A stretch of 64,000 bases of DNA from Chitinophagaceae bacterium UBA4411 (GCA_002400415.1 DGQP01000007.1:77373-141372); one strand, 5' to 3'. Shown: positions 21,946 through 29,106, counted from the first letter of the stretch. Made by a program: numbers and translations. Notes: a model not told the origin generated them from the letters alone.

Positions 21946-22340
21946 AAAGAAAAATCAGTGAACTCTGCCAGGTTGATATTTTTATACCGGCTGTTTTCCG
22001 GGATCAGGAAAGCAGAAGAGAAATTCTTATGAAATCTCCGTACTAACAATTCCCCGTTCAGTACCGCTACAATGATCTTCCCGTTGGCAAGTTTTAATGA
22101 CCGGTCCACAATCAGTACATCATTATCAAAAATACCGGCGTCCCGCATGGCGTCTCCTTTCATGCGAAAGAAATAAGTGGCCGGTTTGTTTTTGATCAGC
22201 TGTTCATTCAGATCAATACCCCGTTCCATATAATCATCAGCCGCTGCACCAAAACCGGTGGCATTGGCTGTCTTCACCTGTTGTTGCGTAAACTGTTTCG
22301 AGCCTTTATAGGCAGCACCGTAAAATTCTTCCCCTTCCAT
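21909..22340 (-). CDS. umuD: S24 family peptidase, UmuD/LexA-like
   Basis: Reads YFFRMKGDAM...GIFDNDVLIVDRS, giving the S24 Ser-Lys dyad region. A 143 aa protein lying 5' of umuC, as in umuDC operons. Confidence 0.75.
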   Translation of the reverse strand: MEGEEFYGAAYKGSKQFTQQQVKTANATGFGAAADDYMERGIDLNEQLIKNKPATYFFRMKGDAMRDAGIFDNDVLIVDRSLKLANGKIIVAVLNGELLVRRFHKNFSSAFLIPENSRYKNINLAEFTDFSLWGVVTYVIHPV

Positions 22341-22551
22341 AGTGTTTAAATTTTAGTATCCGTTTAAGTTTTATAGCAACGTCCGGACCTGTGCCGGGCA
22401 AAGCCGCAGTATCCTCACTTGTTCGTTCCATTTTCACGGCATCCTCAAAAAGATTCAGTGAAAGGAAAATAATTTTTGTAAAGCTAAATAATTTAGTAAA
22501 TTAGTGCTAAGAAAATGGGGAAGTATTTTTTCAGTATTTAAATAGTGCGTT

Positions 22552-23163
22552 ATGGAAACGATCATCAACACGATTCCCGGTTACCGGGTCTATGAGTATT
22601 TGCTGGTGCTGAGCCCGCATGAAGAATTGTGGAACCGTATCATGAAAGTGAAGGAGGATTTTTCTAACGAGTATAAATCGGATCATGCGAAATGGGGCAA
22701 GCCGCATATCACATTAGTCAATTACCTGCAATATCAAATGATGGAGGAACGGATTGTTAACCGGTTGCATACCGTGGCGATGGGCTTTCCCCCGTTCAAA
22801 GTGGAATTAAAAGACTTTGGCAGTTTTCCTTCGCATACTATTTATATCAATGTAACCAGTAAGCTGCCGGTACAGCAGCTGGTGAAAGAAATCCGCACTG
22901 ATGGCCAGCGGCTCATGAAACTCAATGATGATAATAAACCGCATTTTATCATGGAGCCGCACCTGGCCATTGCAAGAAAACTGAAACCCTGGCAATATGA
23001 AAAAGGATGGCTGGAATACAGTAATAAACATTTCACCGGCCGTTTCATTGCCGGCGCAATGACCTTATTAAAAAGACCGGCGGGTGAAATGAAATATCAT
23101 ATTGCGAAGCGGTTTGAATTTCAAAACCTGCCGGTTGTTACAAGACAAGGGCAATTATTTTAA
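22552..23163 (+). CDS. 2H phosphoesterase superfamily protein (LigT/2'-5' RNA ligase-like)
   Basis: Two H-x-[TSA]-x motifs (PHITLVNY and PHLAIARK) are spaced as in LigT-like cyclic phosphodiesterases. Confidence 0.45.
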   Translation: METIINTIPGYRVYEYLLVLSPHEELWNRIMKVKEDFSNEYKSDHAKWGKPHITLVNYLQYQMMEERIVNRLHTVAMGFPPFKVELKDFGSFPSHTIYINVTSKLPVQQLVKEIRTDGQRLMKLNDDNKPHFIMEPHLAIARKLKPWQYEKGWLEYSNKHFTGRFIAGAMTLLKRPAGEMKYHIAKRFEFQNLPVVTRQGQLF

Positions 23164-23173
23164 AATCAAAAAA

Positions 23174-23563
23174 ATGTATCAGCCTTTAACTGAAAGAGAA
23201 AATTGGCTTGCCGGTCAGATTGTTGATATTGCTGTTTGTATTGATAAGGTAATGGGGCCTGGTTTATTAGAAAGCATTTACGGAAAATGTTTTTGTTATG
23301 AGTTGATGAAAAGAGAAATCTGGTTTGAAAAACAGAAGATTGTCAGGTTGCAGTATGATCAATTAATTATTGATGAAGGCCTCCGTGTTGATATTCTAGT
23401 TGATAACCTGGTAGTAGTTGAGTTAAAGTCACAGGAGTATTATCATCCGGTATGGGAAGCGCAGCTGCTAAGCTATTTGAAGTTGAGTAATAAAAGACTT
23501 GGGTTTATTATCAATTTCAACGTACCGGTGATGAAAGAAGGAATAAAAAGGATGATAATGTAA
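23174..23563 (+). CDS. GxxExxY family protein (PD-(D/E)XK fold)
   Basis: Reads NLVVVELKSQEYYHPVWEAQLLSYLKLSNKRLGFIINF, characteristic of the GxxExxY family. Start placed at MYQPLTE (23174). The longer ORF from 23102 overlaps the upstream gene. Confidence 0.65.
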   Translation: MYQPLTERENWLAGQIVDIAVCIDKVMGPGLLESIYGKCFCYELMKREIWFEKQKIVRLQYDQLIIDEGLRVDILVDNLVVVELKSQEYYHPVWEAQLLSYLKLSNKRLGFIINFNVPVMKEGIKRMIM

Positions 23564-23566
23564 AAC

Positions 23567-23650
23567 ATATGAAACACAAAGACACGGGGACAGGGAGACA
23601 CAGGTAATGCTCTTGGTGTTTTGTGCCTTAGTGCCTTTGTGGCTCAAAAC
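23567..23650. repeat. imperfect inverted-repeat element (copy 1 of a family also at 28766-28890 and 35534-35670)
   Basis: The left arm atatgaaacacaaagacacggggacagggagacacagg is complementary to the right arm ctcttggtgttttgtgccttagtgcctttgtggctcaaaac. The Y-half is near-identical to sequences beside the tRNA array and upstream of rtcB. Confidence 0.5.
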
Positions 23651-23818
23651 AAGCGGATAGTATACAGAAAAGTAATAGTGAGATGGGTGAGTGAGACAGA
23701 AGGAGAATAAAGAGTAAGATTTTGTGCAGTATGATTATGAAGAGATAGCTCTTTGTTCTCCTTTTTTTATTGCCCGTACGGGATCAAGTAATTGAACAAT
23801 CAAAACCAACCATAGTGT

Positions 23819-24928
23819 ATGCCAGGGAAACTGAAGCAGGATCATTTTAAAGTGGAAGCGAAACAACCCGAAGAAGGGGCGCAATATTTAGCAGGCCGGG
23901 GAGCACAATTCAATACCAAAAACCGGTTTCAGAAAAATGAAACCACCCGGGAACATATAGAAGGTATTGATGACTGGGAGGAATCCAATGTGCCCACGAT
24001 TTATATGGAGCAGGAATCAAAAACGATCGTGAATAAAGTAGAGAGCAAGGATGTGGGTATGGGCTACAGCATGAACCCCTATGCCGGATGTGAGCATGGC
24101 TGCATTTATTGCTATGCCAGGAATGTGCATGAATACTGGGGCTACAGTGCCGGGCTTGATTTTGAACGCAAGATCATTGTAAAAAAGAATGCACCACAGT
24201 TGCTGCGTAAATTCCTGATGCATAAAAAATGGGATGCCACTCCCATTATGCTGAGTGGTAATACCGATTGCTACCAGCCAGCCGAACAGAAATACCGGCT
24301 CACAAGAGGATTATTGGAAGTATGCAATGAGTTCAACCAGCCGGTAGGTATCCTCACTAAAAATTCATGGATACTGAAGGACAAGGATGTACTGCAGGAA
24401 ATGGCAAAGAAAAAAATCGTCTCGGCAATGGTATCTATCACTTCATTTAATGAAGACCTGCGTCGGATCATGGAACCAAGAACCACCACGGCCAAACAAA
24501 AGCTGAAAGTGATCAATGAACTCAGCAGTGCCGGAGTCCGTATGGGAATTATGATGGGGCCGATGATACCGGGCCTGAATGAACATGAGATGCAGCGCAT
24601 CATGAAAGAAGCCCGGGATAATGGCGCTACGTTCACTGCTTATACTTTCATCCGGTTGAACGGAGCGATCAAATTCTTATTCCACGACTGGCTGTATAAA
24701 AATTTTCCGGACCGGGCTGATAAGGTCTGGCATTTGATCGAACAAAGCCATGATGGAAAAGTGAATGATACCCGCTGGGGAGTGCGGATGCGTGGCGAAG
24801 GAAATATTGCAGAACTGGTGGCCCAGCAGTATAAAAAATACGGCAAGCTCTATGGCATGAATGCTGAAGAATGGAGCCTGGATACGAGTATCTTCAGAAG
24901 GCCGGGGGAGCAGGGGAGGTTGTTTTGA
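23819..24928 (+). CDS. radical SAM protein, spore-photoproduct-lyase (SplB)-like
   Basis: YAGCEHGCIYCYA gives the CxxxCxxC radical SAM cluster motif. Architecture and length match SplB-like DNA repair radical SAM proteins. Confidence 0.65.
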   Translation: MPGKLKQDHFKVEAKQPEEGAQYLAGRGAQFNTKNRFQKNETTREHIEGIDDWEESNVPTIYMEQESKTIVNKVESKDVGMGYSMNPYAGCEHGCIYCYARNVHEYWGYSAGLDFERKIIVKKNAPQLLRKFLMHKKWDATPIMLSGNTDCYQPAEQKYRLTRGLLEVCNEFNQPVGILTKNSWILKDKDVLQEMAKKKIVSAMVSITSFNEDLRRIMEPRTTTAKQKLKVINELSSAGVRMGIMMGPMIPGLNEHEMQRIMKEARDNGATFTAYTFIRLNGAIKFLFHDWLYKNFPDRADKVWHLIEQSHDGKVNDTRWGVRMRGEGNIAELVAQQYKKYGKLYGMNAEEWSLDTSIFRRPGEQGRLF

Positions 24929-24976
24929 GGGTAAAAATGTTTACATTGTATCTTGTATATTTACAAAAAATAAGAT

Positions 24977-25900
24977 ATGCAAGTTGACCTAGTTAAAGGG
25001 TTAAATCTGAGGGTCGAGGGAGAAATTGGGAAATTTAATACTTTGCCAATAGAGTACCTTGTAAAGCTTGCAGAGAACTTACAAAAGCTATTACAAGATA
25101 TTGCCAAACACCAATTGGAAGTAGATGGTGCTATTGATTTGGACAATTTTAAAGTTGAGCTTGCTGGCTTTAAAATAGGAAGCGCTATTCCTGAATTTGT
25201 TTTTACCCCAAGAATGAAAGCCGTCACTAGTGGTGATGTAATTGAACAACGAAAATTTGTGAATAATAAATTTGACTCTTATTTGAAGGTAGCTAATAAG
25301 GGTGATTATTCAGAGATTAAAAAAATTATTCCTCAACCAACAACTCGCAATATTATTGTTGATGATTTGTATCATTTTGCTACTACGTTTGGTAACTCAC
25401 CTGTCACAGTTGTTGAAATCAAACGGGGTAAAATTGTCCCAATTTATAAAATAAGTAAATTTAAGACTGAAATTAAGGATAAGCTTTTAACTAAGATTAC
25501 TGAAAGTATCGAGACAAAAGAAGAATATGAGGCTGTAGCAAAAATTAAAGTCGTTCGAAAAGGCGGGAAAATTACAAAATCTACGAAAGATGTTTTTGAT
25601 ACCAGGCATGGTGAACCTGGCTACTCTTTTGACACAATTGTATTTGAAAAAAAAGTGTATATCCTTGCATTCCCACTAAGATGTAAGATTGAGAAAGAAG
25701 AGGACTACTATGTAATACAGTCTGAAATGATTGACATAGTAGGTACAGGTAAAACAATTGATGATGCCGAAAAGAGTTTCTCAGAAGAATTCCATTTTGT
25801 GTACAAGCGTTATAACCAGCTAACAGAAAAAAAATTAGGAGATAGGCCTAGAAGAATTAAGACAATATTGAATTCCTTAGTCCTAAAAGTTGAAGAGTAA
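24977..25900 (+). CDS. hypothetical protein with C-terminal HicB-like (UPF0150/RNase H-like) segment
   Basis: AT-rich ORF. The C-terminal YYVIQSEMIDIVGTGKTIDDAEKSFSEEF resembles HicB antitoxin N-domains (G.G.T.eEA). The remainder has no recognisable motif. Confidence 0.4.
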   Translation: MQVDLVKGLNLRVEGEIGKFNTLPIEYLVKLAENLQKLLQDIAKHQLEVDGAIDLDNFKVELAGFKIGSAIPEFVFTPRMKAVTSGDVIEQRKFVNNKFDSYLKVANKGDYSEIKKIIPQPTTRNIIVDDLYHFATTFGNSPVTVVEIKRGKIVPIYKISKFKTEIKDKLLTKITESIETKEEYEAVAKIKVVRKGGKITKSTKDVFDTRHGEPGYSFDTIVFEKKVYILAFPLRCKIEKEEDYYVIQSEMIDIVGTGKTIDDAEKSFSEEFHFVYKRYNQLTEKKLGDRPRRIKTILNSLVLKVEE

Positions 25901-26250
25901 TGCCAGTTTTAGATGCTAAAAAGACATACCAAAACCTTCTAAGTAAAGGCTTCAAAGCAACCAAAGGAGACCATAAATATTTGGAGTATTATTTTAATGG
26001 CAAATTAATTCTTCATACAAAGATTAGTCATGGAGAAAAAGAACTACAAGATTTTCACATTGGTATGATGAAACGGCAATGCAAACTTGAAAAAAAGGAG
26101 TTTCTTGATTTGGCGAATTGCCCATTATCAGCCGAAGACTATTTAAATATTTTAAAAGAAGCAGGAATAATAACTGAAAAAGATTTAGTAACACTACAGC
26201 CCAATCCATCTCAGAATATTCCTAAACAGAAAAAAAAGCAAAAAAAGTAA
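25900..26250 (+). CDS. hypothetical small protein, possible HicA/YcfA-like
   Basis: 116 aa protein whose stop/start overlaps the upstream ORF. LLSKGFKATKGDHKYLEYYFNGKLILHTKISHG weakly resembles the HicA mRNA interferase core (GF...GSH..F....G....P.H). Lys-rich C-terminal tail. Confidence 0.35.
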   Translation: MPVLDAKKTYQNLLSKGFKATKGDHKYLEYYFNGKLILHTKISHGEKELQDFHIGMMKRQCKLEKKEFLDLANCPLSAEDYLNILKEAGIITEKDLVTLQPNPSQNIPKQKKKQKK

Positions 26251-26360
26251 TTTATCTTTTTTCTGCAAAAGACCGTATAAGTACGTTAAATCAGTAGGAA
26301 TCAGAAAGGAAGTTTGAGATTTGAACTTTATTCTTATAGCGTTTATAGCTATCTAAAATT

Positions 26361-26771
26361 ATGCAGCAAACTCGTAAGTCATTCCTTTCCAAGCTTACTT
26401 TATTGAGTTTAACTTTTGTTGGCTTATCTTCATTCAAAAGGCGGCTAATAGTGAACGAAAACAAAACTATGTTTATTCACCATGTTTTTTTCCGGTTAAA
26501 GAACCCGGACAGTAGTGCTGACCGGGATCAATTAGTGCAAGGCTTAACTAAACTATCCAAAGTAAAGACCATCCGCCATTTTCATATCGGCAAACCGGCT
26601 GATACCAACCGTGAGGTGATTGAAAGAAGCTATGCTGTTTCTTGGCTACTGCAGTTTGATAATGATGCCGACCAGGCCAGTTATCAATCCGATCCTGTTC
26701 ACCTGCAATTTATTGAAGAGTGTTCTCACTTGTGGAGTAAAGTGATCGTGTATGATTCAGTCAATGTGTAA
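26361..26771 (+). CDS. Dabb (stress-responsive dimeric alpha/beta-barrel) family protein
   Basis: HHVFFRLKNPDS...VKTIRHFHIGKPADT...QFDNDADQASYQSDPVHLQFIE matches the Dabb domain pattern. Confidence 0.6.
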   Translation: MQQTRKSFLSKLTLLSLTFVGLSSFKRRLIVNENKTMFIHHVFFRLKNPDSSADRDQLVQGLTKLSKVKTIRHFHIGKPADTNREVIERSYAVSWLLQFDNDADQASYQSDPVHLQFIEECSHLWSKVIVYDSVNV

Positions 26772-27007
26772 CTGTTCCTTAGTCCATGCATTTTTAAACG
26801 CCGGAAAAATTAATTTTAAAATTTCTCTTTAAAAATTTGGCAACAACAAAAAATTAATTCAATCTTTGCATCGCAAAACAAAAACATGCAACGCATACAA
26901 CTACATACTGAATCAGCGAATAGCTTTAGTCCCAAGGGCGACTATGCTGTGGCGGGGCAAGTATTGCTGCATGGATAAGTTGAAAAAACGAGTTCGATGA
27001 AATACAG

Positions 27008-27036
27008 GCCCCGCAAGAGATTGCGGGGTTTTTTAT
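27008..27036 (+). terminator. rho-independent terminator
   Basis: ccccgcaa-gaga-ttgcgggg followed by ttttttatt. No ORF lies between the Dabb gene and this site. Confidence 0.6.
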
Positions 27037-27313
27037 TCCCGGGATCACGGGAGCCCGGCACAAAAAATAAAGTGTAGGCAATGTGTGTAATTAGTAATGA
27101 AATGAATCTATTGTAAACGAAAAATAAAAAATGCGCAAGGAATTACGACATAAACGATTTAGTATAACAATGAATGATCAACTATCATCATCCGGCTGCT
27201 ATTGGTATGTACAGGCTGACAGGAGTAGTATGCCCAGGGGTAATGAAAGTGATAATAAACAGGAACGACCGGATAATATCCATACGTAGGTACAGCAGTA
27301 CATTAACGAGAGG

Positions 27314-27347
27314 AGCCCGGTCGCAAACAACGACCGGGCTTTTTTGT
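27314..27347 (+). terminator. rho-independent terminator
   Basis: agcccggtcg-caaacaa-cgaccgggct followed by ttttttgtg. Confidence 0.6.
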
Positions 27348-27601
27348 GTCCCGGAGAAGAAAATAAAAAGGGAAGGTATGTGATGAAATTTTTACTGGTG
27401 GTACTGGCAGTTCATTTTGTGGCTGAGCTGGTTAGTGCAAAACGAAAAGGAAATAAAAGGAACGACACGGAAAGGAAGAACCAAACGGTTTTTCACCCGG
27501 CAGAGTTTCCGCTGCGATAAAAAAATTATGTGCAGAAGGAGGAAATAAGCAATCCCCGTGAGATGCAGCGGGGATGCTTTTCCAAACAGTTCTTTTAACC
27601 T

Positions 27602-27674
27602 ATAGGAGCATTCCGACTGGCAGGATACTTCACCTGGAATGAAGAGGCTGCAGGTTCGAATCCTGTCTCCTATA
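27602..27674 (+). tRNA. tRNA-like gene 1 (anticodon loop cctggaa; TGG = Pro?), degenerate D-arm, no encoded CCA
   Basis: 7-bp acceptor ataggag/ctcctat. Anticodon stem cttca/tgaag. T-arm gcagg-ttcgaat-cctgt. Position 33 is C and the D-arm does not fold canonically. Confidence 0.4.
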
Positions 27675-27683
27675 CAATATGAT

Positions 27684-27757
27684 GGGCTGCCATGTTCCAA
27701 GGCTGGCGAAAGACATTTGCAATGTTGTTGTGCAGGGTTCGATTCCCTGGCGGTCCA
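27684..27757 (+). tRNA. tRNA-Ala(TGC), no encoded CCA
   Basis: Acceptor gggctgc/gcggtcc has the G3:U70 alanine identity pair. Anticodon loop tttgcaa. T-arm caggg-ttcgatt-ccctg. D-arm is atypical. Confidence 0.55.
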
Positions 27758-27765
27758 CGTCAGTT

Positions 27766-27838
27766 GATCTGTTCGTCTAACAGGTGAGGACGCAAGATTT
27801 TCATTCTTGTAATACGGGTTCGACTCCCGTACAGATTA
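27766..27838 (+). tRNA. tRNA-Glu(TTC), no encoded CCA
   Basis: Acceptor gatctgt/acagatt. D-loop contains GG. Anticodon stem caaga/tcttg with loop ttttcat. T-arm acggg-ttcgact-cccgt. Confidence 0.6.
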
Positions 27839-27841
27839 CAT

Positions 27842-27913
27842 GGTTCGTTGGTGTAACGGCTAACATCACAGATTGTCGATCTGTTGCTATGGGTTCGATT
27901 CCCGTACGAACCG
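27842..27913 (+). tRNA. tRNA-Asp(GTC), no encoded CCA
   Basis: Acceptor ggttcgt/acgaacc. D-arm gtgt-aacggcta-acat. Anticodon stem acaga/tctgt with loop ttgtcga. T-arm atggg-ttcgatt-cccgt. Confidence 0.6.
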
Positions 27914-27919
27914 CATAAT

Positions 27920-28013
27920 TGCCAGGTAGTGTAATGGTAAACATATCACACTTTGACTGTGATGTTCTCAGCCTGCCTGCCGGCAAAGGCAGGTTCGAGT
28001 CTGAGCCTGGCGA
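27920..28013 (+). tRNA. tRNA-Gln(TTG) carrying a 22-nt palindromic insertion between T-arm positions 53 and 54
   Basis: Acceptor tgccagg/cctggcg, with U8 and A9. D-arm gtgt-aatggtaa-acat. Anticodon stem tcaca/tgtga with loop ctttgac. T-stem ctcag/ctgag, T-loop ttcgagt. The hairpin cctgcctgccggcaaaggcagg (27972-27993) is inserted between G53 and T54. The gene is 94 nt as a result. Confidence 0.5.
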
Positions 28014-28025
28014 CAACGAAAACAT

Positions 28026-28098
28026 GTTGGCTTTAGCTTAATTGGTAAAGCATCCGTCTGTGCAACGGAAGATCAGGGTTCGAACCCCGGAGTCAACC
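28026..28098 (+). tRNA. tRNA-His(GTG), lacks encoded G-1 and CCA
   Basis: Acceptor gttggct/agtcaac. D-stem gctt/aagc with a GG loop. Anticodon stem tccgt/acgga with loop ctgtgca. T-arm caggg-ttcgaac-cccgg. Confidence 0.5.
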
Positions 28099-28109
28099 AA
28101 CAACGAGAA

Positions 28110-28203
28110 TACGACCGGGTGTAAGGGTAACATATTCGTCTCCTTCTCTTTCTGAGAAGTAAATAGCAGGCGGGTGTATTCAGTTCGAATCTGAAGGTCG
28201 TAC
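28110..28203 (+). tRNA. tRNA-like gene 7 (94 nt, isotype unresolved; candidate loop ctttctg)
   Basis: Perfect 7-bp acceptor tacgacc/ggtcgta and T-arm ttcag-ttcgaat-ctgaa. The middle region folds only into a cttct/agaag hairpin and carries extra nucleotides (agcaggcgggtg) before the T-arm. Confidence 0.35.
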
Positions 28204-28260
28204 GAGAATGATGGCTTAACCTTTTTGCCGGTAGTGTCAAGCCTATCAGTCAATATTAAT

Positions 28261-28352
28261 TGGCTTGTAGCTCAACTGAGGGATCTATCCGGCTTTTAAC
28301 CGGAGGGTTGTGGCCTGCCTCCCGGTAGGCGGTTCGAATCTCGCCGGGCCAG
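28261..28352 (+). tRNA. tRNA-Lys(TTT) with about 18-nt hairpin insertion 5' of the T-loop (imperfect T-stem)
   Basis: Acceptor tggcttg/cgggcca. Anticodon stem tccgg/ccgga with loop cttttaa. The hairpin ctgcctcccggtaggcgg (28315-28332) sits immediately 5' of ttcgaat. T-stem pairing is weak. Confidence 0.4.
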
Positions 28353-28362
28353 CTTTTTGAAT

Positions 28363-28436
28363 GTCCTGCTGGCAGACATGGCTGTATGCGCCCGACTGCA
28401 AGTCGGGAGAAAGAAGTTCGAATCTTCTGCAGGACT
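28363..28436 (+). tRNA. tRNA-Cys(GCA), no encoded CCA
   Basis: Perfect acceptor gtcctgc/gcaggac. D-stem gcag/ctgt. Anticodon stem cccga/tcggg with loop ctgcaag. T-arm agaag-ttcgaat-cttct. Confidence 0.5.
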
Positions 28437-28440
28437 CAAT

Positions 28441-28532
28441 GGATGAAAAGCTCAAAGGCTGAGCAGCGGTTTGTTAAGCCGTTGGTTGAAGGCCTGCCGG
28501 CAGGCAGGCAGGTTCGATTCCTTCTTCATCCG
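28441..28532 (+). tRNA. tRNA-Asn(GTT) carrying a 20-nt palindromic insertion between T-arm positions 53 and 54
   Basis: Perfect acceptor ggatgaa/ttcatcc. D-arm gctc-aaaggct-gagc. Anticodon stem gcggt/gccgt with loop ttgttaa. T-stem gaagg/ccttc, T-loop ttcgatt. The insert cctgccggcaggcaggcagg (28493-28512) lies between G53 and T54. Confidence 0.55.
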
Positions 28533-28536
28533 CAAT

Positions 28537-28621
28537 GTGAGTGCGACGAAGCCGGAGAGTCGTGACGGTCTGTAACACCGTTGCTTTTATAGCTGAGTAA
28601 GTTCGATTCTTACCACTCACA
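28537..28621 (+). tRNA. tRNA-Tyr(GTA), type II with long variable arm, no encoded CCA
   Basis: Perfect acceptor gtgagtg/cactcac. D-stem acga/tcgt. Anticodon stem acggt/accgt with loop ctgtaac. 15-nt variable arm. T-arm gtaag-ttcgatt-cttac. Confidence 0.6.
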
Positions 28622-28626
28622 CTTAC

Positions 28627-28710
28627 GGAGAGAGTCCGGTTGGCCATGGATGCTGTCTTGAAAACAGACTGGGTGTAAAAGCCTCAAGAGTTCGAATCTC
28701 TTTCTCTCCG
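28627..28710 (+). tRNA. tRNA-Ser(TGA), type II with long variable arm, no encoded CCA
   Basis: Perfect acceptor ggagaga/tctctcc. Anticodon loop cttgaaa. 17-nt variable arm. T-arm aagag-ttcgaat-ctctt. Confidence 0.5.
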
Positions 28711-28765
28711 CAGAATGGATTTGAAACATTAAGACTTGGAGATATAAAGGAACAAAGTAGAAAAA

Positions 28766-28890
28766 CTTCGTGTCCCGGTGTCTTAGTGCCTCAGTGGTTC
28801 AAAAAAGCTGAGTAACGAACAGAACGATGAAGGGTGCGACGCAAGGAAGATGACCGGAGTTACCATAGCTGGTAACAAAATAATAATGGA
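28766..28890. repeat. repeat elements Y+X (copy 2) inside the tRNA array
   Basis: The Y-half cttcgtgtcccggtgtcttagtgcctcagtggttcaaaa is followed by the X-half gtgcgacgcaaggaagatgaccggagttaccatagctggtaacaaaata. Both recur at 35534-35670, and the Y-half recurs at 23611-23650. Confidence 0.5.
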
Positions 28891-28940
28891 GAGTCATGGT
28901 CGGGGTAACACCCGGATAAGTTCGATTCTTACACTCTCCG
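28888..28940 (+). tRNA. truncated tRNA-like element (acceptor + T-arm mini-helix, 53 nt)
   Basis: Acceptor ggagagt/actctcc and T-arm taag-ttcgatt-ctta are present. A single internal hairpin is flanked by these, with no room for D and anticodon arms. Confidence 0.3.
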
Positions 28941-29030
28941 CAGCAGGTTTGCAGGTAAGTGAATTCGATAACCTGCCTGCCGGCAGGCAGATGAGGAATA
29001 GCGATCAGTCAATACTTATCGCAAACCAAT

Positions 29031-29106
29031 GGTGCTTTGGCAGAATGGTTATATGCGCCGGAGTGAAATCCCGGAGATCGTGGTTCAATTCCACGGGGCA
29101 CCACCA
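29031..29106 (+). tRNA. tRNA-Phe(GAA), the only array member with encoded CCA
   Basis: Acceptor ggtgctt/gggcacc, then discriminator A, then CCA. Anticodon loop gtgaaat. T-arm cgtgg-ttcaatt-ccacg. Confidence 0.5.

Noticed and set aside
27392-27700. 102-aa ORF on the minus strand overlapping tRNA-like gene 1 and the upstream terminator-like hairpin
   Set aside because: It lies antisense to the structured RNA region and is Cys/Ser-rich and low in complexity. It overlaps a tRNA-like gene and is most likely a spurious reading frame.
27602-29106. Possibility that the T-loop-containing cluster is an rRNA operon spacer or tmRNA
   Set aside because: There are no 16S/23S/5S-like sequences. Each unit folds with its own acceptor, anticodon and T-arm. 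No tmRNA tag-reading frame or pseudoknot pattern is present.
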